Under the pieces are notes generated by a model that saw only the letters and a program-made list of their open reading frames with translations, was not told where the DNA came from and did no database searches. DNA of 64,000 nt, from the NCBI GenBank assembly GCA_017616435.1, contig JAFZYC010000076.1:16241-80240 (forward strand), written 5' to 3'. The stretch is from Clostridia bacterium. Its GTDB lineage: Bacteria > Bacillota > Clostridia > Christensenellales > CAG-138. The position numbers and the translations under genes are program-made. Positions 29,870-38,986 of the stretch are shown here, in pieces. Within the stretch, counting starts at the first letter, position 1; the number at the start of each line of letters is the position of its first letter.

Positions 29870-31885
29870 ATGGAAAACAGCAAGATCTCCGGCGCGATGA
29901 CTATCAAGCTCGACGCGGTCCTTCCCGAGTATCCGAAGTTTGAAGAGGGCAAGCGCCGCGCTCCCGACAGGGGCTTCCGCCTGACAAAGGCGCAGACGCA
30001 GCTCGCACTGCGCAACGCTCTCCGCTATGTTCCCGAAGAGCTGCATGAGGTTTTGGCTCCCGAGTTTCTGGAGGAGCTCAAGACCCGCGGCCGCATATAC
30101 GCCTATCGTTACCGTCCCGAAGGACGCATCTGGGGCAAGCCCATCGACGAGTACAAGGGCAACTGCATAGAGGGCAAGGCGTTCCAGGTAATGATCGACA
30201 ACAACCTCGATTTCGAGATCGCGCTCTATCCCTATGAACTCGTTACGTACGGCGAGACCGGTCAGCCCTGCCAGAACTGGCTCCAGTATCGCCTGATAAA
30301 GAAGTATCTGGAGGAGCTCACCGATCACCAGACCCTCGTATTGGAGAGCGGTCATCCCGTAGGTCTGTTCCCCTCCAAGCCCGAAGCGCCCCGTGTGATA
30401 CTCACCAACTCCATGATGGTCGGCATGTTCGACAATCTTGAGGATTGGGAGATAGCGGAGGAGATGGGCGTCGCCAACTACGGTCAGATGACCGCGGGCG
30501 GCTGGATGTACATCGGCCCGCAGGGCATAGTCCACGGCACGTTCAATACGATACTGGGCGCCGGCCGCAAGGAGCTCGGCATCCCCGAATCCGGCGATCT
30601 TACCGGCCGCGTGTTCGTGTCCTCCGGCCTCGGCGGCATGAGCGGCGCTCAGCCCAAGGCGGCGAATATCGCGAACGCCGTCGGCGTATTCGCGGAGGTC
30701 GACCGCAGCCGCATAGAGACCCGCTTGAACCAGGGCTGGGTCAACATGATCTCCGACGATCTTGACGAGGTCTTCCGCATAGCGGAGGAGCACAGGGCAA
30801 GCGGCGAGACAATCTCCATCGCATACCACGGCAATATAGTCGATCTCTTGGAGGCTGCCGTCAAACGCGGTTTCAGGATCGATCTGCTCTCCGACCAGAC
30901 CTCCTGCCACAACGTGTATAACGGCGGTTACTGCCCCGTCGGTTACACCTTCGAGCAGAGGACGGAGCTCCTGCATACCGACCGCGAAAAGTTCAGGAAG
31001 GCCGTTGACGCTTCGCTGCGCAGGCATTTCGACGCGATCTGCGCGCTCAAGAAGGAGGGCACATACTTCTTCGATTACGGCAATTCATTCATGAAGGCCG
31101 TATATGACGCGGGCGTTAAGGAGATCTCGAAGAACGGACACGACGAGAAGGACGGCTTCATATTCCCCTCGTACGTTGAGGATATCATGGGCCCGATGCT
31201 CTTCGATTACGGTTACGGCCCGTTCCGCTGGGTCTGCCTCTCCGGTAAGGAGTCCGATCTTATCGCGACCGACCACGCCGCGATGGACTGCATCGATCCC
31301 GAACGCCGCTTCCAGGACCGCGACAATTACAACTGGATCCGCGACGCCGAAAAGAACAAGCTTGTCGTCGGCACTCAGGCGAGGATACTCTATCAGGACG
31401 CCGAGGGCCGCACCCGCATCGCGCTCCGCTTCAATGAGATGGTCAGAGAGGGCAAGATCGGCCCCGTCATGATCGGCCGCGACCATCACGACGTTTCCGG
31501 CACCGATTCCCCCTTCCGCGAGACCGCGAACATCAAGGACGGCTCCAACGTAATGGCCGATATGGCTGTGCAGTGCTTCGCCGGCAACGCCGCGCGCGGC
31601 ATGAGCCTCTGCGCGCTGCACAACGGCGGCGGCGTAGGCATCGGCAAGTCCATCAACGGCGGCTTCGGCCTCGTTCTGGACGGCTCCGAGAGGGTCGACA
31701 ATATCATCAAGTCCGCTATGATGTGGGACGTCATGGGCGGCGTGGCGCGCCGTGCGTGGGCGAGGAACCCCCATTCCATAGAGACCTCCATGGAATACAA
31801 CAAAAAGCATGAGGGCGAAGCTCATATCACCATCCCGTATCTCGTGGACGATAAGCTCATCGAAAAGATGACCGAGGACATGTAA
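29870..31885 (+). CDS. hutU: Urocanate hydratase (long, about 670-aa form)
   Basis: Urocanase-family sequence throughout (GGMSGAQPKA, GRDHHDVSGTDSPFRET..). Confidence 0.9.
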   Translation: MENSKISGAMTIKLDAVLPEYPKFEEGKRRAPDRGFRLTKAQTQLALRNALRYVPEELHEVLAPEFLEELKTRGRIYAYRYRPEGRIWGKPIDEYKGNCIEGKAFQVMIDNNLDFEIALYPYELVTYGETGQPCQNWLQYRLIKKYLEELTDHQTLVLESGHPVGLFPSKPEAPRVILTNSMMVGMFDNLEDWEIAEEMGVANYGQMTAGGWMYIGPQGIVHGTFNTILGAGRKELGIPESGDLTGRVFVSSGLGGMSGAQPKAANIANAVGVFAEVDRSRIETRLNQGWVNMISDDLDEVFRIAEEHRASGETISIAYHGNIVDLLEAAVKRGFRIDLLSDQTSCHNVYNGGYCPVGYTFEQRTELLHTDREKFRKAVDASLRRHFDAICALKKEGTYFFDYGNSFMKAVYDAGVKEISKNGHDEKDGFIFPSYVEDIMGPMLFDYGYGPFRWVCLSGKESDLIATDHAAMDCIDPERRFQDRDNYNWIRDAEKNKLVVGTQARILYQDAEGRTRIALRFNEMVREGKIGPVMIGRDHHDVSGTDSPFRETANIKDGSNVMADMAVQCFAGNAARGMSLCALHNGGGVGIGKSINGGFGLVLDGSERVDNIIKSAMMWDVMGGVARRAWARNPHSIETSMEYNKKHEGEAHITIPYLVDDKLIEKMTEDM

Positions 31886-31912
31886 TCACTATCCAAAAGG
31901 AGACGAATAAAA

Positions 31913-32839
31913 ATGGCAAAGATCATCGAATGCGTACCCAATATTTCCGAAGGCAGGAACCATGAGGTCATAGAGGCCTGCGTCGACCAGATAAGGAACA
32001 CCGCGGGCGTAACGCTCCTCGATTATTCCTCCGACGCTTCCCATAACCGCAGCGTCATCACCTTCATGGGCAGCCCTGAAGGCGTCATAAACGCCGCTGT
32101 CGCTCTCGCGAAGAAGGCCGTCGAGCTCATCGACCTCAACCACCATAAGGGCGAGCATCCCAGGATGGGCGCCGTGGACGTGTGCCCGCTCATCCCCTTG
32201 AAGGACTGCACCAAGGAGGAGACCGTCGAGTACTCCAAAGTGCTCGGTCAGCGTATGTGGGAAGAGGCCGGAGTGCCCGTGTTCCTCTATGAGGATTCCG
32301 CTTCCGCGCCGCACCGCGTCAACCTCGCCGATATCAGGAAGGGCCAGTTCGAGGCCATGCCCGAAAAGGTCAAGGATCCTATGTGGACCCCCGATTTCGG
32401 CGGCGCGTTCTGCCATCCCACCGCGGGCTGCACGGCCGTCGGCTGCCGCATGCCGCTCGTCGCTTTCAACATCAACCTTTCAACGGATAATGTCGAGATA
32501 GCGAAGTCCATCGCGAAGATCATCCGCCGCAAGAACGGCGGCTTCGACTGCGTAAAGTCCAACGGCTTCCTTATCGAGATCCCCGCCGATCCCGAAAAGG
32601 GCACTCCCGAAAGGAAGTACGCGCAGGTCTCTATCAACATGACCGACTTCAACCGCACTCCGCTCTACCGCGTAGTCGAGGTCACCAAGGCCGAGGCGCG
32701 CCGCTGGGGCGTTTGGGTAACGGGTACCGAGGTCATCGGCCTTACTCCGATGAAGGCGCTCATCGATTCCGCCGAATACTACCTCCAGCTCGAGGGCTTC
32801 GACTTCGATAAGCAGGTCATCGAGAACTACATGCTCTGA
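31913..32839 (+). CDS. ftcD: Glutamate formimidoyltransferase (FtcD N-terminal-type, stand-alone)
   Basis: MAKIIECVPNISEGRN.., HPRMGAVDVCP. Confidence 0.85.
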   Translation: MAKIIECVPNISEGRNHEVIEACVDQIRNTAGVTLLDYSSDASHNRSVITFMGSPEGVINAAVALAKKAVELIDLNHHKGEHPRMGAVDVCPLIPLKDCTKEETVEYSKVLGQRMWEEAGVPVFLYEDSASAPHRVNLADIRKGQFEAMPEKVKDPMWTPDFGGAFCHPTAGCTAVGCRMPLVAFNINLSTDNVEIAKSIAKIIRRKNGGFDCVKSNGFLIEIPADPEKGTPERKYAQVSINMTDFNRTPLYRVVEVTKAEARRWGVWVTGTEVIGLTPMKALIDSAEYYLQLEGFDFDKQVIENYML

Positions 32840-34068
32840 TGGCTATGCTGCTCATAAAGAACATAGGCATGCTCGCTACCGCGGAGGGCAATGAGCCCCT
32901 TCGCGGAGCGGCGCAGCATCAGGGCGTGAAGCTCATAAAGAACGCCGCCGTGCTCATAAACGACGATACGATACAGGCCGTCTATGAAAACGGCGAAGCG
33001 CCCGAGTGCGATAACGTGATCGACGCGGAAGGCCGCCTTGTGACGGCCGGCCTTATCGACGCTCATACGCACCTCATATTCGGCGGCTGGCGTCAGCATG
33101 AGGTACCGTTAAAGCTTCGCGGCGCTTCGTATCTTGAGATACTGCAGGCGGGCGGAGGTATCCTAAACACCCTCATCGCGACGAGGAACGCCTCGGAGGA
33201 CGAGCTCTGCGAAAGGGCTGAAAAGGCGCTTTCGGAGATGCTCGATCACGGCATCACGACAGTCGAGGCGAAGTCCGGCTACGGTCTCGACGCGGAAAAT
33301 GAATTGAAGCAGCTGCGCGTGATAAGGCGTCTAAAAGACGAGGGCGGCTTCAACGTGATACCGACCTTCATGGCGGCGCACGCCGTTCCTCCCGAGTTCA
33401 AGGGCGATCCCGACGGGTATATCGAGTACGTCTGTACCAAGATACTCCCGCTCGTGGCCGAAGACGAGCTCTGCGAATTCGTGGACGTCTTCTGCGAGAC
33501 TGGCGTGTTCGACGTCGAGCAGTCGCGTAAGATGCTTACCTACGGGGCGGCATACGGCTTCAAGACCAAGATCCACGCGGACGAGATCGACGCGATAGGC
33601 GGCTCGGTCCTCGCGGGTGAGATTGGCGCGACCAGCGCGGAACACCTCATCGCGATAGACGACGCGGGAATATCCTCCATGGCGAGGGGCGGAACGATCG
33701 CATGTCTCCTGCCCGGAACTTCGCTGTATCTGAACAAGGAGTTCGCTCCCGCAAGGAAGATGATCGAAGCCGGCGTTTCCGTTTCGATCTGCACGGATTT
33801 CAACCCCGGCTCCTGCCCGTCGAACGATCTTCAGCTCTGCATGAATCTCGGCTACCTCAAATACCGCATGACCCCGGAAGAGGTGCTCGCCGCGGTCACG
33901 ATAAACGCCGCGTGCGCGGTTGACCGGGGAGCTTCGCTCGGTACGGTCGAACCCGGCAAGCAGGCCGATCTCGTCATCTGGGATGCGGAGGATCTTGACT
34001 ACCTCGTTTACCGGATGGGCACAAACAAAGCTATTAAAGTGATCAGGAAAGGAAAAGAAGTCAAATGA
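32839..34068 (+). CDS. hutI: Imidazolonepropionase
   Basis: Amidohydrolase motif GLIDAHTHLIFGGWR.. and KIHADEI. The ATG overlaps the ftcD stop (TGATG). Confidence 0.9.
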   Translation: MAMLLIKNIGMLATAEGNEPLRGAAQHQGVKLIKNAAVLINDDTIQAVYENGEAPECDNVIDAEGRLVTAGLIDAHTHLIFGGWRQHEVPLKLRGASYLEILQAGGGILNTLIATRNASEDELCERAEKALSEMLDHGITTVEAKSGYGLDAENELKQLRVIRRLKDEGGFNVIPTFMAAHAVPPEFKGDPDGYIEYVCTKILPLVAEDELCEFVDVFCETGVFDVEQSRKMLTYGAAYGFKTKIHADEIDAIGGSVLAGEIGATSAEHLIAIDDAGISSMARGGTIACLLPGTSLYLNKEFAPARKMIEAGVSVSICTDFNPGSCPSNDLQLCMNLGYLKYRMTPEEVLAAVTINAACAVDRGASLGTVEPGKQADLVIWDAEDLDYLVYRMGTNKAIKVIRKGKEVK

Positions 34069-34697
34069 AACTCATCGAAATGACAGTTACCGAATATCTC
34101 GATATCCTCGCGTCCGACGCACCCGCCCCCGGCGGCGGAAGCGCGGCGGCGCTTTGCGGCGCTCAGGGCGCCGGCCTTGTGACCATGGTCGCGGGGCAGA
34201 CCACCAGCAAGGCGCGTTATGAGGAGGAATGGCCCATAGCGCAGCGCGTCATCGACGAGGGCACGCCCATCTATCAGGCGCTCACTCAGCAGGTCGATAA
34301 GGATACCGACGCTTATAACCTCGTTGCGGCCGCTTTCAGGATGCCCAAGCTCACCGATGAGGAAAAGGCCGTCCGCCGCGCCGCTATCGCCGAAGCTACG
34401 CTCGTAGCGACGGAGGTCCCGTTCGAGACGCTTCGCCTTACCGTTGCGGCTCTCGAGCTTGCCGCGACGCTGCCCGGACACTACAACACCAACTGCGCCA
34501 GCGACCTCGGCGTCGGAGTACACAATCTCCACACCGCCGCTCACGGCGCATGGATGAACGTTAAGATCAACCTCGGCGGCGTTAAGGACGAGGAGAAGGC
34601 CGCGTTCTTTGCGGAGGAGGGCAGGAAGCTCGTCGCCCGCGCTAACGAGATCACCGCAGAAGTGCTCGATACGGTCTGGAACGACATCCAGGGCTGA
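34065..34697 (+). CDS. Formimidoyltetrahydrofolate cyclodeaminase-family protein (FtcD C-terminal-type, stand-alone)
   Basis: MKLIEMTVTEYLDILASDAPAPGGGSAAALCGAQGAGLVTMV is the typical cyclodeaminase/cyclohydrolase family N-terminus. ATGA overlap with hutI. Confidence 0.8.
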   Translation: MKLIEMTVTEYLDILASDAPAPGGGSAAALCGAQGAGLVTMVAGQTTSKARYEEEWPIAQRVIDEGTPIYQALTQQVDKDTDAYNLVAAAFRMPKLTDEEKAVRRAAIAEATLVATEVPFETLRLTVAALELAATLPGHYNTNCASDLGVGVHNLHTAAHGAWMNVKINLGGVKDEEKAAFFAEEGRKLVARANEITAEVLDTVWNDIQG

Positions 34698-34704
34698 ATA
34701 TAAG

Positions 34705-34744
34705 ACAAAAATAAGCGGACGTGCCGAAGTACGTCCGCTTTTAC
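34705..34744. terminator. Bidirectional terminator between the hut operon and the convergent dockerin-peptidase gene
   Basis: AAGCGGACGT (34713-34722) pairs with ACGTCCGCTT (34731-34740). T-rich on both strands' 3-prime sides. Confidence 0.7.
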
Positions 34745-34754
34745 TATGCGCTTT

Positions 34755-36473
34755 TCACCTTCGCTTTTTGTTAAGTCCCATGGAAACACGCAGTATCGCG
34801 AGCGCGTCCGCGGAGTTCACGGTGCCGTTCCCGTCCATATCGGCACGTTCCAGCTGCTCCGGGGTGAGCTCGACCAATCCCATAGCGTAGCGCAGTGTCA
34901 GCAGCGCGTCAGCGGAATTGACGACCCCGTTCATATCGACGTCGCCCAAAAGGAAATCATGAGGCTCCGTATTGCGGGTAATGCCAATGTAGACGAGCCC
35001 GCTTGCCGCGCCGGAGGGGGGATAGTAGACGCCGCCGACGGGCTTCACACAGATGGCTCCGCCGCCCTTGATGCTGCAGCTCGAGCCGGTGAACACCACC
35101 GGGCAGAGCAAATCATAAAGATTCTGAACGCCGTGATAATCAGCGGGTTCGTAGCCCTCCTGCATCGAGAACGAATAGATGCCTTCGTATTCATCGGGAG
35201 AGGTGTTTGCCGTCAGCGCAACGCGGAAGTTCTGCGCGAGCGTCGCGGGATCGACTCCCGTCGCCGCCTGGCAGATCGACTGGAAACTGTTGGCGGCGGA
35301 AAGCCCTCCGCCCGTCGACATGTTATCCATTATGCTGTGGAACACGGTATTACCGAACCTCGAATACATGTACTGCGCAAACAGCGAGACCTGAGCGTAG
35401 AGCACGAGCAGATCGTCCATCGGCAGATCGTTGGACCAGTCGTAAAGGGAATAGCCGTTCTCAACGGAGTATCCGCTGACGTATTCGACCTCCTCGGGAG
35501 GGGTATCCCAATCCTGCTGCTCGGAATAATAGTGATCGGTCCATGTCTGTACGCGCGGGTATACGCTCGATCCGGGGAAGCATATCTCCTCCGCGGCTGC
35601 GCTCATGCACTCGTTGATCCAAGTGTCCGCCGCGCCGCACTGGGAATAGTTGATGAGGTGCTGATACTCATGCACGATAACGTTGTACGTGCGCGAGATA
35701 TCATCCATGTTCTCGCCCGCGGAGTTGACGTAGTGCACGCCGGGGTAGGTATCGATATTGAGCACCGGCATACCGTCAAGATACAGATCGAGCGCGTAGA
35801 AGTATCCGCCGATGTATCCCTGCCCGGGCTCCCAGCCGTCGTCGATATTGTAATAGAGCAGGTTCAGCCTTCCGTCGCCCTGCGAGCCGTTATCGTGATC
35901 GCCGAACGAGGACTGCATAAGATCGAACTTCGAATCGAACATATCCGCAGCCATCTGCGCAAAATCGGGGTTGATAGAGTCGAGCGGATAAACGTTCGCC
36001 GCCGTGGAGGTCGGGGTCCATACGTAGCAGTGCTCGCCTTTAGCCAGCACCTTGAACTCCATATAGTAACCGGCGGGGGAGTAATTCATTATTATGAAGT
36101 TGTGCGTGTCGCCGACGTTGAACGAGAGCGCCTCGACTTCCGCTCTGTCGGTAACCGGTTTCGTTACGCCCTGCTCTTTGGCGAGCTCCGCGAAATACGG
36201 ATCCGCGTCGATGAGGTAGGGGATATCGCAGGGCTGCGCCTCCTGATTCTTTTCTCCTCCGACTTCGGTCTCGATAAGGCCTGTCATATTGCCAGTCGAC
36301 TTGGAGTTTGTGGCTTCCGTCGCGGGATTGTAGATGACGACGTAATCGCCGGCGTAGCCGTCGGAGCCGTCCGTATCGATCACGGTCCCCGTCGAAACTG
36401 CTGCGAACACTCCTGTTGGCAGGCAGAGTATCAAAAGGAGCAAAGCAAGTATTATCGAAACGGTCTTTTTCAT
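34755..36473 (-). CDS. Secreted HEXXH zinc metallopeptidase-like protein with C-terminal type-I dockerin
   Basis: ATG 36473 follows AAGGAGG. Signal peptide MKKTVSIILALLLLILCLPTGVFA. VIVHEYQHLI (HExxH). C-terminal duplicated Ca-binding dockerin repeats DVDMNGVVNSADALLTLRYAMG and DMDGNGTVNSADALAILRVSMG. Confidence 0.7.
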   Translation of the reverse strand: MKKTVSIILALLLLILCLPTGVFAAVSTGTVIDTDGSDGYAGDYVVIYNPATEATNSKSTGNMTGLIETEVGGEKNQEAQPCDIPYLIDADPYFAELAKEQGVTKPVTDRAEVEALSFNVGDTHNFIIMNYSPAGYYMEFKVLAKGEHCYVWTPTSTAANVYPLDSINPDFAQMAADMFDSKFDLMQSSFGDHDNGSQGDGRLNLLYYNIDDGWEPGQGYIGGYFYALDLYLDGMPVLNIDTYPGVHYVNSAGENMDDISRTYNVIVHEYQHLINYSQCGAADTWINECMSAAAEEICFPGSSVYPRVQTWTDHYYSEQQDWDTPPEEVEYVSGYSVENGYSLYDWSNDLPMDDLLVLYAQVSLFAQYMYSRFGNTVFHSIMDNMSTGGGLSAANSFQSICQAATGVDPATLAQNFRVALTANTSPDEYEGIYSFSMQEGYEPADYHGVQNLYDLLCPVVFTGSSCSIKGGGAICVKPVGGVYYPPSGAASGLVYIGITRNTEPHDFLLGDVDMNGVVNSADALLTLRYAMGLVELTPEQLERADMDGNGTVNSADALAILRVSMGLNKKRR

Positions 36474-36563
36474 GCGAAGATCCTCCTTGATCGGTCTAAA
36501 GTATATTATATCACATTTCAAAGCTTTTTCAAAGCGAAAAATGTGCGGCGATCAATAATCATC

Positions 36564-36593
36564 CGAAATAAAAAAGCCGTGAGTTCACGGCTT
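36564..36593 (-). terminator. Rho-independent terminator after folD
   Basis: Minus strand: AAGCCGTGA..TCACGGCTT hairpin (36574-36593) followed by TTTTTTATTT. Confidence 0.7.
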
Positions 36594-36607
36594 GAAGGAA
36601 ATGCATG

Positions 36608-37465
36608 TTATTCGGCGGCGGAGCGTTTCGCGCTCTCGGCAACGTGGTTCATCAAAACGCTCGTCGTCACAGCGCCGACTCCTCCGGGAACGGGAGTGAG
36701 AGCCGAAACGATGGGGGAGACCGCGTCAAAATCTACGTCGCCCACTATCTTTCCCAATTCCTCGCTCCAGTTTATTCCGACGTCGACGACCGTCTGTCCC
36801 TCGTGAACGAAGTCCGCAGTGACCATCCCCGCGCTGCCCGCCGCGGCGACGAGTACGTCAGCCCGTCTTGCCTCTTTGGCTACGTCGCGCGTCCTCGTGT
36901 GGCAGACCGTGACGGTCGCGTTCATCTTGATGAGCATCATAGTCACCGGCTTGCCAATTACGAGGCTGCGGCCTATTACGGTAACGTTTTTTCCCTTAAG
37001 ATCGATCCCGTAATAGTCGATAAGCTCTATCACCGCCTGCGCGGTGCAGGGAGGGAATCCGAGCGGCTTGCCCGCGTAAACGCCCGCCATAGAAAGATCG
37101 GTTATGCCGTCCATATCCTTTTCGGGGATGAGCGTATTGCACACGCGCGATTCGTTTATGTGGCGGGGGAGCGGACGGAACAAAAGCACGCCGTGTATCG
37201 AAGGATCGGCGTTGATCTCTCTTATCGCGTCAACAAGCTCTTCCTCGGTCACGTCCTCGGGGAAAACGCGCTTTTCGACCTCGATGCCGACCGCTTCCGC
37301 GCGCTTGAGCGCGCCGCGCTCGTATGAAAGATCGTCCGGCCTTTCGCCGACCCTGACTATGCAGAGCTTGGGAGCGATCCCCTTTTCAATAAGCTGGCGG
37401 ACAGTTTCCGCCGTCCTCTCGTTTATGGCGGAAGCGACCGCCTTTCCCATAAGCAATTCAGCCAT
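36608..37465 (-). CDS. folD: Bifunctional 5,10-methylene-THF dehydrogenase / 5,10-methenyl-THF cyclohydrolase
   Basis: GKNVTVIGRSLVIGKPVTMMLIKMNATVTVCHTRT and PVPGGVGAVTTSVL. Confidence 0.92.
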   Translation of the reverse strand: MAELLMGKAVASAINERTAETVRQLIEKGIAPKLCIVRVGERPDDLSYERGALKRAEAVGIEVEKRVFPEDVTEEELVDAIREINADPSIHGVLLFRPLPRHINESRVCNTLIPEKDMDGITDLSMAGVYAGKPLGFPPCTAQAVIELIDYYGIDLKGKNVTVIGRSLVIGKPVTMMLIKMNATVTVCHTRTRDVAKEARRADVLVAAAGSAGMVTADFVHEGQTVVDVGINWSEELGKIVGDVDFDAVSPIVSALTPVPGGVGAVTTSVLMNHVAESAKRSAAE

Positions 37466-37469
37466 ATTT

Positions 37470-38762
37470 TTACTCCAGATTGGTATTGTTCGCGAGCATT
37501 ATCCGCAGTATCTCGCGGTCTGTTTCGCGCATGCCGTCCTTGCCGAGGCGGCCGATGTTCGCTATCGTGTTCTCGACGCCCTTCGAGATTATGCCGTCGC
37601 CGCCCTGGAACTCCATTCCGCGAACGTACATCTGATACCCCAGAATGCCCGCGTCGACGGCGGAGGCTATCTTCGCCGCGCAGCTGGGCTTTGCGCCGTC
37701 GCAAACGATGCCGCTCACTATCGCGAGCGCGTTGACGAGCGTGTGCGCGACGACGTCGTAATTGCCACCGAGAAGGTATGCGATACCGGCACCCGCGCCG
37801 CAGCCCGCGTTGACCGCGCCGCAGAACGCGGAGAGCCTTCCGATCCATGTCTTCTGATGGATCGTAACGAGGTTTGAAACGCAGAGTGAGCGCAAAAGCT
37901 TGTCCTCGCCCACGTCATATTCCCTCGCGTAGACTATTACGGGGAGAGACGCCGCCATGCCCTGGTTGCCGGAGCCGGAAACGATTATTACGGGCATCTC
38001 ACAGCCGCTCATACGCGCGTCGGAGCCCGCGGCGGCCATTGCCTTCGCCCTGATCTTTACGTCGTAGCCGTAAACGTCAAGGAGCACTCGGCCGATCCTC
38101 GCGCCCCAATTGCCTCTAATGCCCTCGTTTGCGATGGCGGTGTTGTATTCGATCTGACGGGAAAGCACCTCTCTCACGTCGTCAAGCTCAACGGTGTCCG
38201 CGAAATCGACAATATCCTTTATCGTGAGTATGCCCCTGTCGGTAAGACCCTGACTGGAAAGCTCGATCTCGGGGGCGGCGAAGAGCGTTTCGCCGTTCTT
38301 TTCGATCAGCACGACGTTCGTATGATAGTCCTTGATGCGGAGCCTGCTGAACTCGCAGCCCGAATGCAGCGTCACGTCTATATCGAATATCGCCTCATCA
38401 TTCGAGGGGCGGACGATCATGGGAACGCTCGCCATGAACTCCTTTATCCGAGGCTTGTCCTTTTCCGAAACGGAGGCGAGCACCTCGAGCACGCGGTCCG
38501 CGTCGCCGACGACTATACCCGCGGCGGCCGCTGCTTCGATGCCCTTCAAACCGCCGGTATTGGGCACGACGACGGATTTGACGTTCTTGATAATGTTGCC
38601 GCTGACGGAGATCTCGACCCTGTCGGGCATCGCGCCCAAAACCGACCTCGCCTTAGCCGCGGCGAATGCGATCGCGATCGGCTCCGTGCAGCCCATAGCG
38701 GGGACGAGCTCCTCCTTCAATATGTCGATATACGCCCTGTATCTGGAATCGGTGGAAAGCAT
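37470..38762 (-). CDS. UPF0597 / serine-dehydratase-alpha-like protein (L-cysteine desulfidase CyuA/YhaM family)
   Basis: ILKEELVPAMGCTEPIAIAFAAAKA is the family signature. ATG 38762 lies 8 nt after GGAGG. The annotated GTG 38771 overlaps the SD. Confidence 0.8.
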   Translation of the reverse strand: MLSTDSRYRAYIDILKEELVPAMGCTEPIAIAFAAAKARSVLGAMPDRVEISVSGNIIKNVKSVVVPNTGGLKGIEAAAAAGIVVGDADRVLEVLASVSEKDKPRIKEFMASVPMIVRPSNDEAIFDIDVTLHSGCEFSRLRIKDYHTNVVLIEKNGETLFAAPEIELSSQGLTDRGILTIKDIVDFADTVELDDVREVLSRQIEYNTAIANEGIRGNWGARIGRVLLDVYGYDVKIRAKAMAAAGSDARMSGCEMPVIIVSGSGNQGMAASLPVIVYAREYDVGEDKLLRSLCVSNLVTIHQKTWIGRLSAFCGAVNAGCGAGAGIAYLLGGNYDVVAHTLVNALAIVSGIVCDGAKPSCAAKIASAVDAGILGYQMYVRGMEFQGGDGIISKGVENTIANIGRLGKDGMRETDREILRIMLANNTNLE

Positions 38763-38791
38763 AATAAACACCTCCGAAAATCGCTGTTTAC

Positions 38792-38820
38792 ATTATACAG
38801 CATAAACGCTGCGATTTCAA
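38792..38820 (-). promoter_or_regulatory. Candidate sigma-A promoter (TTGAAA-17-TATAAT) for the UPF0597-folD operon
   Basis: Minus strand: TTGAAA (38820-38815), 17-nt spacer, TATAAT (38797-38792). Confidence 0.5.
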
Positions 38821-38898
38821 TAACGCGCGATATATGCTCGATCGGGAAGAAAAATAAAGTATTATGTAATATTGGATAAAAATCTTTACAGTATCTTG

Positions 38899-38927
38899 TT
38901 GACAAAAGAAACGCTTTGAGCTATAAT
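38899..38927 (+). promoter_or_regulatory. Consensus sigma-A promoter (TTGACA-17-TATAAT) for the GntR-family gene
   Basis: TTGACA at 38899-38904, 17-nt spacer, TATAAT at 38922-38927. Confidence 0.6.
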
Positions 38928-38986
38928 ATATTTGAATATGGGCTGAAATCAAGGCCTGAAATACTAACGGAAGTGAGATCATAAAC

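Noticed and set aside
29816-31027. 403-aa minus-strand ORF inside hutU. Similar long antisense ORFs occur at 43301-44329 (asnS), 11736-12857 (S11 gene), 6622-7794 (icd), 25761-26531 (hisS) and 63003-63815 (glmM)
   Set aside because: Each lies opposite a confidently identified housekeeping gene and shows no motif or SD. These are classic shadow ORFs of a high-GC genome.
34746-36806. 686-aa plus-strand ORF, the longest unexplained ORF in the track
   Set aside because: It is antisense to the dockerin peptidase gene and the 3-prime end of folD, both of which have recognisable motifs. Its composition (R/V/G/A/I-rich, no motifs) and lack of a ribosome-binding site indicate a GC-driven open frame, not a gene.
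38772-38986. THF or other riboswitch in front of the UPF0597-folD operon
   Set aside because: The predicted promoter leaves only about a 20-nt leader. The rest of the region is explained by two divergent promoters.
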